From a bacterium (GTDB taxonomy: Bacteria > Patescibacteriota > Patescibacteriia > Patescibacteriales > UBA12465), in contig JAUYNJ010000005.1 in assembly GCA_030696105.1 (NCBI GenBank), positions 77,678-141,677 on the forward strand: a stretch of 64,000 nucleotides of DNA, given 5' to 3'. Positions within the stretch are counted from its first letter, which is position 1, and each line of letters begins with the position of its first letter. The translations under genes and the position numbers were made by a program. This document shows, one piece after another, positions 27,498 through 36,794 of the stretch. The notes below the pieces were generated by a model. That model searched no databases and was not told the DNA's origin. It saw only the letters and a list, made by a program, of their open reading frames with translations.

Positions 27498-28691
27498 TTA
27501 TTTCATTTCTATTAATTTTTGAATGTAAATTTTACAGGCTTCACGACGACAAGTGTGAATGCTTTCGATTAGGCGACTTTCTGCAACCCAACGCCAAGCT
27601 TGATGGTCCCAGTGATTAATTTTAATTTCCTCGTCTTTGCCAAGAAACTCAGCGATAAGTAAGCTCTGTCTTTGTCCTTTATAGCCAAAATGTCGCTTAC
27701 TGTTAGGGTTAAAGTATTTGCCTAGCTCTTTGTTAAAGGAATATTTATATAAATTTTTATAAATAGCATTGACGCGCACATTGGTCACACCAGTCTCCTC
27801 TTCAAGTTCTTTTAGTCCGCTTGCTTCAATATCGAGCCCATCTAAACCACCCTGCGGCAACTGCCAGTGGCCAGTCTCTCCTTGTCTTTCTACAATCAAA
27901 ACCTCTCTCTCTGCACCGTTTTTACGAAACAAGATTATAGCGACATTGGGACGGTATAGGTTTGGCAAAATAAATATCCAATGTAAGACCTTAGTTGTAA
28001 ATACAGCGGTGGCCTGCCAAATTCTTCGCCAGCGTGAGGGCTGCTGAATTAAGCGCCAAAGCCATTCCAGCCCAAGCCTGCGCCAAGGGGTGGTGGCTCG
28101 CTTAATTTTGCCAGTAATAAAATCAAAGGCTCCGCCCAGGCCTGTTAAAAGGGATATTTTGTTTAGCGCTACACTTAGATGGTAAATATATTTCTCCTGG
28201 TAAGGTGAACCTAAAAGACAAATTGCCAGCGCTGGTTGGAATTTCCTAATTATCTCGATTTCCTCCCTGCTCGGTTTTTCAGTTTGATTACTATCTAATA
28301 CCTTCGCCTTTAAATGTGGGTATTTTTTTGTTATCGCCCTATAAATATCCTCTGCTGAGGATAAGCCATCCTGGCGGTTAATAATGACAATTTTACGTTG
28401 ATTACTCTCTGCCTCAGAAAGAAGATGCGGCAAGAGATCGGCACCAGTAACGCGGTGTAGCTGCTGCCCACTTAGTAAAGCGGCGATCTTTAAGCCAAAG
28501 CCGTCGGCAAGCGATAAATCGGCTTTGTTTAATATATAGAATAACTCTTCATCATTGATTGCTGTAAGGATTATTTCGGGGTTTGGCGTAACCAAGAGAT
28601 GAGACTGCTCATCATTATAAAAAGAGCTGATAGCGTCCGTCGCTTCAGACCAAGTTTTGTTGCCAGTATTAACACCGAGGATATTAGCCAT
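27498..28691 (-). CDS. WecB/TagA/CpsF glycosyltransferase fused to an RppH-like Nudix domain
   Basis: TPNPE, ADGFG, RVTGADL, LGSPYQE, GGAFDF, GLEWLWRL then YRPNVA, WQLPQGG, ELEEETG, YKGQRQ. Confidence 0.85.
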   Translation of the reverse strand: MANILGVNTGNKTWSEATDAISSFYNDEQSHLLVTPNPEIILTAINDEELFYILNKADLSLADGFGLKIAALLSGQQLHRVTGADLLPHLLSEAESNQRKIVIINRQDGLSSAEDIYRAITKKYPHLKAKVLDSNQTEKPSREEIEIIRKFQPALAICLLGSPYQEKYIYHLSVALNKISLLTGLGGAFDFITGKIKRATTPWRRLGLEWLWRLIQQPSRWRRIWQATAVFTTKVLHWIFILPNLYRPNVAIILFRKNGAEREVLIVERQGETGHWQLPQGGLDGLDIEASGLKELEEETGVTNVRVNAIYKNLYKYSFNKELGKYFNPNSKRHFGYKGQRQSLLIAEFLGKDEEIKINHWDHQAWRWVAESRLIESIHTCRREACKIYIQKLIEMK

Positions 28692-28800
28692 ATAGCATCT
28701 TTCTCTGTCAATTGTTATCTGATATAATGAAGGTAGTTTGATACATCTATTTTATTACAAATTGGGCCTGACGTCAAAAATTGACTCGGCCAGCACTATT

Positions 28801-29766
28801 ATGCCCAACTACAAGAAACTAAGTGGTAAGATTGAAACTCTAACCATCGACAAGCCGGGAAATGACTACAATTTACGCTGGATAAATATCGTCGATGCCG
28901 GCCGCAAAGAGATAGATTATCTGCGCAAAAATTTCGGCTTCAACATTGACCACTTAAAGGCATCAGTTGCTAATGCTTTTTCGCAGAGACCGATGGTCGT
29001 AGAAGAAGATGGTTATCTTTTCCTGATTCTACACTTCCCTACTTTTTTTAAAGGAAAAGTTATTGCCGGTGAAATTGAATTTTTTATCAGTCATGGTTAT
29101 CTCGTTGTTTTGCATAATGACAACATCCCAGTTCTTGTCGATTTTTTTGAAAAAGCAAAGAAGGATCAGAACGGTTTACTTTCTTATGCCACTGAATCTT
29201 CGGCTACCCTTCTTTATGAAATTCTCGACCGCTTGTTGCAATCTTGCTATACGCTAATTGATAACAACAGTCTTGAAATTGAAGTTGTTGAGAATTTAAT
29301 CTTTGATAAGAATCAAAAAGAAGCAGTTGAAAAGATTTTGAATTTAAGAAGAAATATCATCAACATCCGCAAGATCATGCAGAATCACAAAAGTATCTTG
29401 CAAAAACTATTGCAGATGAAAAGTTCATTGGTACCAGCCGAAGAAATGAAGTTGCAGTACGGGCGCCTCATTGAACACTCAAAGAGAATTTGGGAAATGC
29501 TCGATAATCAGAAAGAAATGGTTGATGTCTTAAACGACACGAATGAGTCGCTCTTAAATGATCGCATGAATAACATCATGAAGACCTTAACCCTGTTTTC
29601 GGTCATCGTCTTCCCACTCACCCTGATGGCGGGCATCTTCGGGATGAACGCTAAATACATGCCCTTGATTGATAATCGGTACGGTTTTTGGATGATTCTA
29701 TTTATTATGGCCATTGGCTCCTGGGTGATGCTCGGCTACTTTAAAAAGAAAAAGTGGCTTGATTAG
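28801..29766 (+). CDS. corA: CorA-family Mg2+ transporter
   Basis: MKTLT, GIFGMN motif, two C-terminal TM helices; ATG at 28801. Confidence 0.93.
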   Translation: MPNYKKLSGKIETLTIDKPGNDYNLRWINIVDAGRKEIDYLRKNFGFNIDHLKASVANAFSQRPMVVEEDGYLFLILHFPTFFKGKVIAGEIEFFISHGYLVVLHNDNIPVLVDFFEKAKKDQNGLLSYATESSATLLYEILDRLLQSCYTLIDNNSLEIEVVENLIFDKNQKEAVEKILNLRRNIINIRKIMQNHKSILQKLLQMKSSLVPAEEMKLQYGRLIEHSKRIWEMLDNQKEMVDVLNDTNESLLNDRMNNIMKTLTLFSVIVFPLTLMAGIFGMNAKYMPLIDNRYGFWMILFIMAIGSWVMLGYFKKKKWLD

Positions 29767-29790
29767 TTTAAAATTAGGTAAAAAATATGA

Positions 29791-29820
29791 GAAGACGCTC
29801 TTTCTAGGGGCGTCTTTTTT
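29791..29820 (+). terminator. Intrinsic terminator after corA
   Basis: AAGACGCTCT-TTCT-AGGGGCGTCTT followed by T run. Confidence 0.8.
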
Positions 29821-29834
29821 ATGTCCTATTTTCC

Positions 29835-29905
29835 TTGACACATTTTAATAAATTTGCTATAGTATCAGGTTACAAATTGACAATAACGCTATAAATTGAT
29901 ATACT
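29835..29905 (+). promoter_or_regulatory. Tandem sigma70 promoters for the GT4 gene
   Basis: TTGACA-17-TATAGT (29835-29863) and TTGACA-17-TATACT (29877-29905). Confidence 0.75.
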
Positions 29906-29916
29906 AATTACCCAAT

Positions 29917-31023
29917 ATGAAAATAGCCTTCATCGGCCAAAAAGGAATACCAGCACAAACCGGCGGCGTTGAAAAACAGGTCGAAGAATTATTAGTGCAT
30001 CTAGCTAAACGTGGACACGAAGTCTATGCTTACGCTCGTCGTGGCTACGCCTCTGATTTAAAAGAATATAAGGGAGTTAATATTATCTCTTTGCCGTTTA
30101 TTAAGGGCAAGAACTTTGAAGCAATTAGTCATACCTTTCTAGCCGTGCTAGACATTTGGTTAAAAAAAGTAGATATTATTCATTTTCAGTCTATTGGGCC
30201 GGCTTCTTTGCTTTGGCTAGTGAAGCTTCTTAAGCCACGCACGCCAGTTGTTTTTACATTTCACTGCCAAGACTACTATCACAAGAAATGGGGTCGTCTG
30301 GCGCGCTGGTACCTCCGCTTAGGGGAAAGTGTCGGTTGCCGCTACGCGGATCAAACTTTTGTGACATCACAAGAATTAACAACTTATGCCGCGGCCCGTT
30401 ATGACCGTCAAGCGCAGTATATGCCTTCAGGCATTAATCCCCCTAACTTACCAGAAGTCCGCGATATTCGTCGTTGGGGCTTAGAAAAAGGTTCGTATAT
30501 CTTTTCAGCTTCGCGTTTAGTTCGTCATAAAGGTGTTCATTATTTAATTGAGGCTTTTAAGACTTTAAAGACTGATAAACAGCTTGTTATTGCTGGTGAT
30601 AGTGCTTACACCGATGACTATGTGCAAGAATTACATGCGCTAGCGGCTGGTGATAAACGCATTATTTTTGTCGGTAATCAGAATGGCTCACTGCTTAATG
30701 AGTTGTATGCAAACGCCTACCTCTTTGTACAGCCATCAGAATATGAAGGCCTTTCAATGGGTTTACTTGAGGCAATGTCATTTGCTCTTCCCTGCTTAGC
30801 GAGTGATATCCCGGCAAATATCGAGGCTCTGGGCGGACAAGGCTTAACATTCAAAAATAAAGATGTGGCTGATTTCAATAATAAATTACAGTATGCCTTG
30901 GATAATCCGGAGATAATGGCAGCGCAGGGTCAAGCCTTAGCGGCACGTACCAAGCAAGAATACAACTGGGAAAAAATTGTTGATCAAACTTTAGCGGTAT
31001 ATCAAAAATTACTGAATAAATAA
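29917..31023 (+). CDS. Glycosyltransferase family 4
   Basis: MKIAFIGQKGIPA..GGVE; EGLSMGLLEAM (EX7E). Confidence 0.93.
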   Translation: MKIAFIGQKGIPAQTGGVEKQVEELLVHLAKRGHEVYAYARRGYASDLKEYKGVNIISLPFIKGKNFEAISHTFLAVLDIWLKKVDIIHFQSIGPASLLWLVKLLKPRTPVVFTFHCQDYYHKKWGRLARWYLRLGESVGCRYADQTFVTSQELTTYAAARYDRQAQYMPSGINPPNLPEVRDIRRWGLEKGSYIFSASRLVRHKGVHYLIEAFKTLKTDKQLVIAGDSAYTDDYVQELHALAAGDKRIIFVGNQNGSLLNELYANAYLFVQPSEYEGLSMGLLEAMSFALPCLASDIPANIEALGGQGLTFKNKDVADFNNKLQYALDNPEIMAAQGQALAARTKQEYNWEKIVDQTLAVYQKLLNK

Positions 31024-31125
31024 AATAGATTTTGTCTTTTCTCTGCCCCTTCATTTATGAGGAGGTAGAACAAAGGACGAAACGGTTCGTACTTTAAAAC
31101 TGAATGTCTAACCCAAAAACAATAC

Positions 31126-32301
31126 ATGATGAAAAAACTAACCATGATTTTGATGCTGCTGGCTGTATTTACAACAGCTTGCCAGAAGGATTATGACTTG
31201 GAGCCAACGCAAAAGCCAAGCGCTAAACCAGAACTGAAGGTCTCAGGCGCCAGCATGACAGCCGACACGGCGCAGACTCTGCCAAACACATACATAGTAT
31301 ATGTATGGTCGGGATTGCCACTTTCAGCGAGTTCCTACGCCTACACCTGGGACCTCGGAAACGGCACAAGCTCGACGCTGCCCAATCCGCAGGTTAAGTA
31401 CTCTGTCGGACTTTATCACGTAACGTCCACAGCGACCCCAATCGCGGGCGGGACGGCGTATACAGACGATATCTGGGTCAGAGCCGGTACCATTGTGCTC
31501 GGCGATGCGGCTAACATCCTTATTAGTGCATATGCATCGGGTAACTCCTGGGTTTATGAGCTCGGCATGAATACGAGCTATATTGCCAATTATGCATTTA
31601 TGTCCGGCAACACGCGTTTTGTTAGCGGGAGTTTTACTTCGTGGGATCCACAACCGGCGAATACAGTTCAAGTTATAAACGGTATCGAGTATATGAAGTA
31701 CACGGTGACTGTTCCCAATTCAGATGCCCTAAACAAAAGATTCTGGGGTTATGGTCGTGAATCAACCTGGGCTTGGGCGCCAAATGATCAATTGTGGATT
31801 TCTACAGATGATGGAGGCTATTTTGGTGCTTACTTTTATTATGGCCAAATACTTCCATACATCGGCGAAGTATCAGGCATCCCCGGTGATATCGGGGATC
31901 TGCAAGTTGCAGATACTGTTCCGACAGTTAGGATGGAAATCTTGTACGGATCTTCGGATCCCGACTCACTGCGCGTGTTTATAAACCATGTGGCCTATGC
32001 AAATGGGCCACAACCGTTTATTTCGCGAAAGACTTCCATCAACACTTGGGAGAATGAACCTCTTATTATGTCGAGCGATTATCTTGGTTGGAGTTACTTC
32101 ACCTATGCAATAGGTGAAGTAACCGATCTACTGCAGTTCAAGTTTGGGCCTCACTTATTGAGTACCAACTTGTTCGGGGTAATGAATAACAGTATGTATT
32201 ACTCGGAGGTGGAGGGCCTATTAGCTGTCCAAATATTAGGGATTGAAAATCGTAAATATTTTTCAATCAAAGCTGCCTCCCTGTCCCAACAAATTAACTA
32301 A
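31126..32301 (+). CDS. Putative lipoprotein with PKD-like domain
   Basis: Signal peptide ending FTTAC followed by QKDYD; YTWDLGNGTSST..NP..KY..GLYHVT PKD signature. Confidence 0.7.
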   Translation: MMKKLTMILMLLAVFTTACQKDYDLEPTQKPSAKPELKVSGASMTADTAQTLPNTYIVYVWSGLPLSASSYAYTWDLGNGTSSTLPNPQVKYSVGLYHVTSTATPIAGGTAYTDDIWVRAGTIVLGDAANILISAYASGNSWVYELGMNTSYIANYAFMSGNTRFVSGSFTSWDPQPANTVQVINGIEYMKYTVTVPNSDALNKRFWGYGRESTWAWAPNDQLWISTDDGGYFGAYFYYGQILPYIGEVSGIPGDIGDLQVADTVPTVRMEILYGSSDPDSLRVFINHVAYANGPQPFISRKTSINTWENEPLIMSSDYLGWSYFTYAIGEVTDLLQFKFGPHLLSTNLFGVMNNSMYYSEVEGLLAVQILGIENRKYFSIKAASLSQQIN

Positions 32302-32320
32302 AAGGAGTATTAATCTCCTT

Positions 32321-32375
32321 AGACGTCCTATCACACCTGCCCCTGTCCCTTTTTAAGTGATAGGGGTCTTTTTTT
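32321..32375 (+). terminator. Terminator-like hairpin after the lipoprotein gene
   Basis: AGAC..CCTATCAC...GTGATAGG..GTCT followed by T run; large pyrimidine-rich loop. Confidence 0.55.
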
Positions 32376-32400
32376 ATTTACAAACAATTTTTTGACAAAG

Positions 32401-32431
32401 AAAAAACCGATAACTATTAAAGTTATCGGTT
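32401..32431 (-). terminator. Intrinsic terminator for the minus-strand orphan pair
   Basis: AACCGATAACT-ATTAA-AGTTATCGGTT with an A run on the + strand left side. Confidence 0.75.
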
Positions 32432-32453
32432 AGGGGTGTGTTTCAAGAGTAGA

Positions 32454-33335
32454 TTACTTGGGCTCGTAGTTGATTGGGAAATCGAAGTATTCGTAGCCTT
32501 CGTGTTTATTTGGCCTTACTTTGTATGGAAGTAAAGCCTTCGCTAAACTCGGGTCATTGTAGGCGTGGGGGTAATATGGATTGATTTTCTCCTTATACAA
32601 TTCATGAGGTAACCAGATTCCATATCCGTTGTCATGTCCGCCGGCGTACCAAGCGAAGCTGAACGTCATTTGATTTAATAGCATATTAACGTCCACAATG
32701 ATGTTGGATGTCGCAATGTAATATCCGTTGTATTCATAGACATTACGGAATTCATTGTTGACATTGGGGTTAGGTGAGCTCAGGCCAGGAATACCGTCCA
32801 AGATTTTTTTATTGATACAGTATATAAGCATACTGTTGTCATCAAAGGTGACGCAGACATCGCCTGACATCACGCCTTTATATCTTGAGATTGCCAAGTT
32901 TGCACCAGTAACGTTGCTGGATGTTGCTGAATGAGCCGGCACGCTTTCTCTCGTCTCAGTTTTTGAACTCGAGGTAGGCGCGCTTTTTTTTGTGCTGCGC
33001 GTCGTAGTGCGGGTCGTTGTCGCGGCTTTTTTAGGGCCGATACCGAGGCAGGCGTCAAGTTCTGCTCTTAAACGAGCATTATCCTGCAGTAAGGCAATTA
33101 ACTCTTCACCGGTGATGGCAAGACCAACCACTGAACCGGTTGGGTATTGCTCATCGCATTCATCAGTAACGATGGTGGTGTCCGCAACAGTCGAATGACT
33201 GTTGTCGCTTTCTTCGGAATTTCTACCAAACCACCAGAAGGCAAATAATCCTGCCAGCAATATTAAGGCGCCAATAATGTAAGGCGTTTTGTTGCCTGAT
33301 GGTCTGTCGGGTGATGGATTTGCGTTCGTGTTCAT
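32454..33335 (-). CDS. Orphan single-TM protein with Thr/Ser-rich linker
   Basis: 293-aa ORF; TM around residues 19-36; TTTRTTTRS...SSS linker. Confidence 0.75.
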   Translation of the reverse strand: MNTNANPSPDRPSGNKTPYIIGALILLAGLFAFWWFGRNSEESDNSHSTVADTTIVTDECDEQYPTGSVVGLAITGEELIALLQDNARLRAELDACLGIGPKKAATTTRTTTRSTKKSAPTSSSKTETRESVPAHSATSSNVTGANLAISRYKGVMSGDVCVTFDDNSMLIYCINKKILDGIPGLSSPNPNVNNEFRNVYEYNGYYIATSNIIVDVNMLLNQMTFSFAWYAGGHDNGYGIWLPHELYKEKINPYYPHAYNDPSLAKALLPYKVRPNKHEGYEYFDFPINYEPK

Positions 33336-33367
33336 GTTCCTCGTTTTTTTGGTTTAAATTGTTATTG

Positions 33368-34228
33368 TTAATTGCTTTTCCTGAACAGATTTACCAAATC
33401 CAGATGGATTTGGAAACTATCTATTCTGGGTCCTTTTGCCCAGAACATGGGCTGATAGGACATGGACAGTATTTCGTGTCCATATTGACCTTTTGCCAGG
33501 GTAATCCCGATACCGACACTATAGAAACTTGCTTTATTGCCCGTTTCGTAAGTGTAGGCTGCAATTATCGACGGCATTAGGTAAGTAATATGGCTCCAGC
33601 CCAGGTAAATAGGGACGATGCCGTTTTCAGCCTGAACTTTAAAACGCTCACGGTTCCAAGGAACACCGATAAGTGTATCGGCATTCCAATTCGCCGTTTG
33701 CGTGCTGTTTAAGGCCGTTTGCATTTCGATCATAATCTTCTGTTGCGCAAAGGGCGCTTGGAGTATTATGTTTCGAAACAACATTCCTCCATCGAGATAA
33801 AGCATTTTATCTTTCTGCTTATTCTGGTAGAGGTCTGCTCCTTGGTACATTTTGCCTGTACTGTTTACCACTTTGTAGGCAGTGTTTAACCAAGCATACC
33901 TATCCGACATATTGCCGGGGGTGAGTGTAAAATTAACAGCTACACCAATACCGAATTCGGTAGAGTGGTGTAAGTAACCGTTAATCATACTTTTCACCTC
34001 TATTCCTGATAGATACAACCCGAAGCGGGTCGTTTCCATCTGGTTTGAGAGTGGGAGCCAGCGTATCTGTGCGTAGCGCCAGGTGCCGTCACCACCTTTG
34101 TCGGAAGGAGCGTAATAGCCGTTGCCGACTAAGACTTGCCCTTCGCCAAGTGGGTGTTGGGCCTCAACCTCGATGCCGAGAAAAATTGTCAGCAGAGGAA
34201 TCAATAACAAAAAAATTGTTTTTTTCAT
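33368..34228 (-). CDS. Orphan secreted protein, possibly beta-barrel
   Basis: Likely start MKKTIF at 34228; signal peptide ending EVEA|Q; many alternating amphipathic strand-like segments. Confidence 0.65.
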   Translation of the reverse strand: MKKTIFLLLIPLLTIFLGIEVEAQHPLGEGQVLVGNGYYAPSDKGGDGTWRYAQIRWLPLSNQMETTRFGLYLSGIEVKSMINGYLHHSTEFGIGVAVNFTLTPGNMSDRYAWLNTAYKVVNSTGKMYQGADLYQNKQKDKMLYLDGGMLFRNIILQAPFAQQKIMIEMQTALNSTQTANWNADTLIGVPWNRERFKVQAENGIVPIYLGWSHITYLMPSIIAAYTYETGNKASFYSVGIGITLAKGQYGHEILSMSYQPMFWAKGPRIDSFQIHLDLVNLFRKSN

Positions 34229-34329
34229 TTTTATCGTGTTTGGTGTATTTAGTTTTGAATTAACGTGGAAGTAAAACTTTACATCCTTTTTACGCCCCTT
34301 ATTGAAAGGGGCGACAAAAAGATACAAAC

Positions 34330-35136
34330 TTATCTCAAAATATTATGGATATTTCCCGTGGGCTGCCATTTTGGTGTGGGGGCGTAATTATTATTATTGT
34401 CATCCACAGTTGGCAAATTCATCGGGGCACTTGGCGGACGCTGCACGTATGGATTCTGAGGCTCCTCTTCCCTTTCCAAGGGTTGATAAGTGACGCGGTC
34501 CGGACGACGTTTCGGCTTGTGCGCTTTTCTCGCTTCTGGGAAAAAATATATCCAGAAAGATGCGGCGGCTACTCCTAAGAATATTGCAGCAAAAAAGTTC
34601 AAAATAATATTTGGTTTAACTGGAAAACTTGATGTAAGGGGTTGATCAATAACAGCAATGCTTACTTGATCGCCACCACGTTGGTAGTTAAAGCTCTTGC
34701 TCATGAGGGTTTGGTTGACGGCAAGCGCAATCTGCTGTGCTTGATAGGTGTCAGCATGATAGATGTAGATTTCTAAGATGCCCGTGTCGCCTACGTTACG
34801 TGCCTCTATCGTTTTCTTCCAGGTCTTCATCCTTTGCTTATAGGTATCGCCGAAATAATCGGTATCAATATTAAAGCCAGCATCGGTTGCTAAATTGAAA
34901 AACGATGAAGAGTAGACAACCTGAGAGAATAAGTTGCTTAAATACTGATTCGACTTGGAAACAGTATAGGGGTCGGCTCCACTCAAATTTTGAGATATTA
35001 AAAGTCTTGAGCGTACCGAGTATTTTAAGGGCTGGATAAAAGTGAGCCCAAAGACAAGTATAAAGCAACCTAGCACAATGCTGGCCACTAAGCCCTGTCT
35101 TTTTTTAATTGAATTGAAAAACGTATTTAGTTCCAT
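34330..35136 (-). CDS. Wzz/CapA-like polysaccharide chain-length determinant
   Basis: N-terminal TM, P.KYSVRSRLLI, C-terminal PVKPN plus TM. Confidence 0.8.
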   Translation of the reverse strand: MELNTFFNSIKKRQGLVASIVLGCFILVFGLTFIQPLKYSVRSRLLISQNLSGADPYTVSKSNQYLSNLFSQVVYSSSFFNLATDAGFNIDTDYFGDTYKQRMKTWKKTIEARNVGDTGILEIYIYHADTYQAQQIALAVNQTLMSKSFNYQRGGDQVSIAVIDQPLTSSFPVKPNIILNFFAAIFLGVAAASFWIYFFPEARKAHKPKRRPDRVTYQPLEREEEPQNPYVQRPPSAPMNLPTVDDNNNNYAPTPKWQPTGNIHNILR

Positions 35137-35189
35137 AGGAAATACAAGACAAAAGAATTATTCAAGCATTAGCTAGATTGTAACTACAA

Positions 35190-35218
35190 ATTATAATCAA
35201 TTATATTAAGTTTGTCAA
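35190..35218 (-). promoter_or_regulatory. Consensus sigma70 promoter for the wzz-like gene
   Basis: TTGACA-17-TATAAT on minus strand. Confidence 0.85.
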
Positions 35219-35386
35219 GTGGATAAGAAGAAAAAACTAGGGATAATAGCGATAAAAGAGACTAAAATTGCTTTATATTAGTAAATTTTTCTGATGATAG
35301 TAAGGATACTATAGGTAATTAGGGATTGTTTGTTATATTTATTTTAATGTTAGCAAAAAACATTCATTAGGAAACACGAGCCAAGG

Positions 35387-35415
35387 TTGACAATTACTGA
35401 AATCTTGCATATAAT
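35387..35415 (+). promoter_or_regulatory. Consensus sigma70 promoter for the gene at 35470
   Basis: TTGACA-17-TATAAT. Confidence 0.85.
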
Positions 35416-35469
35416 ATAGGGTAATTAATAAAATTATGATGCAATATCATTCCTCATAATATAAATAAT

Positions 35470-36759
35470 ATGAAAAAAATTATCATGATCGCTGGCGTAT
35501 TCCTGCTACTCTTACTTGCTTGGAGCGCGCAGGATGGTAGAACTAAGGAGCAGCCGGTTTACTCAGGTGATGCTGTGTATTATAAAAATAGAGTGGTAAT
35601 AGCCGCCGCCGCTTCAGGTCAACTAGATTTTTATACTTTAGCTGATGAGCGCGTAGATCATTTGTTCTCCGTAAGCCTTGCCAGTAACCCATCAAAGACA
35701 GAAGTATTTAATGATGTGAAGCTTGATATTAGCGGCGATAAATTAATGGCCTATGCCGTTGCGGGTTATACTGTTTATCAGTATGACATTTCAAATCTAT
35801 ATTCGGCTGAGTTAAAAAAGTCGGTTAAGAATACATACTGGGAATGGTATGATCGCATTGATCGCTTCGGTGGCAGTATGGGCACCGTTAGTAAGCGCGG
35901 CATAACAATTTTAAATAGTAATCTTGATGTTATTGATCGTCACGATTTTGAGAGTGACTTTGCTTACAGTGTACGAAGTGGTGGCAGCACTCGTTTCATT
36001 AGCAGTATGAATGAGTCTTCAATTTCCATTTATGACCGTGAGACAAGAGCCCTGCTTACAACCACGCCTTTAAATTTTACTAATTATAAAAAGAACGGAC
36101 GTAAACCACACTATGACAGAGTGACTAACGATACTTTTGTTATTGATGATTACTATGTTAAAAAAATTGATATCAATGGTGTATTAACTGCATCTTATCG
36201 CCATGGTTTTGATTCTTCTTATGATGTGGAGAGCACAGTCGACAACCAATATATTTACGCGTCGAATGGTTTGAAGGTTATGAAATTGAAAAAAAGTGAT
36301 TTAAGCTTAGCTGGAGAAACTTTAACAACTACAATGGGTGCGGCTCAAGGTTGGGCTATGGGATTAAAACTGGTTAATACAGCCTTCGGTGACCGTTTAG
36401 TCGTATTTAATGGTACGAGTATTTTAGTGCTTGATTCAAATCTAAAGCTTTTAGCTCATGCCGGTCATGTTTCAAAAGAAGATAATAAAATAACTCCGAG
36501 AGAGAATCTTTATCTTGTTCTAGACCATCACAGTGCTATTACCGGCGCCAGTGTGAATTTACAGGGCGGCGGCTTCTGGCCAAATGAAGATCTTCAGGTT
36601 AAGCTTGTAAATAGCTCAGTCAGCGTTAAGGCTGATCGCTTTGGGCGGTTTAATACAAATGTGCCAGTTCCGGTTACACCGGCTGGGCGCTATGATATTA
36701 AAGTAGATGGTCAAGCGTCAAATCTTACATACAGTATTTCCTTCGCCATAGTTGAATAA
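35470..36759 (+). CDS. Secreted hypothetical protein (probable beta-propeller plus C-terminal Ig-like domain)
   Basis: Signal peptide; repeated short strand segments; GGGFWPNE...ADRFGRF...PAGRYDI C-domain. Confidence 0.7.
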   Translation: MKKIIMIAGVFLLLLLAWSAQDGRTKEQPVYSGDAVYYKNRVVIAAAASGQLDFYTLADERVDHLFSVSLASNPSKTEVFNDVKLDISGDKLMAYAVAGYTVYQYDISNLYSAELKKSVKNTYWEWYDRIDRFGGSMGTVSKRGITILNSNLDVIDRHDFESDFAYSVRSGGSTRFISSMNESSISIYDRETRALLTTTPLNFTNYKKNGRKPHYDRVTNDTFVIDDYYVKKIDINGVLTASYRHGFDSSYDVESTVDNQYIYASNGLKVMKLKKSDLSLAGETLTTTMGAAQGWAMGLKLVNTAFGDRLVVFNGTSILVLDSNLKLLAHAGHVSKEDNKITPRENLYLVLDHHSAITGASVNLQGGGFWPNEDLQVKLVNSSVSVKADRFGRFNTNVPVPVTPAGRYDIKVDGQASNLTYSISFAIVE

Positions 36760-36767
36760 GCAAGCAG

Positions 36768-36794
36768 AAAAAAGAGCCGCTTGGCTCTTTTTTT
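36768..36794. terminator. Bidirectional terminator
   Basis: AAAAAAGAGCC-GCTT-GGCTCTTTTTT. Confidence 0.8.

Noticed and set aside
34325..34332. TAAGTTTG on the minus strand matching the Bacteroidota -7 promoter element TAnnTTTG
   Set aside because: It overlaps the wzz-like stop codon, and the counterpart at the other island end (TAGATTTTG) does not match exactly; not supportable alone
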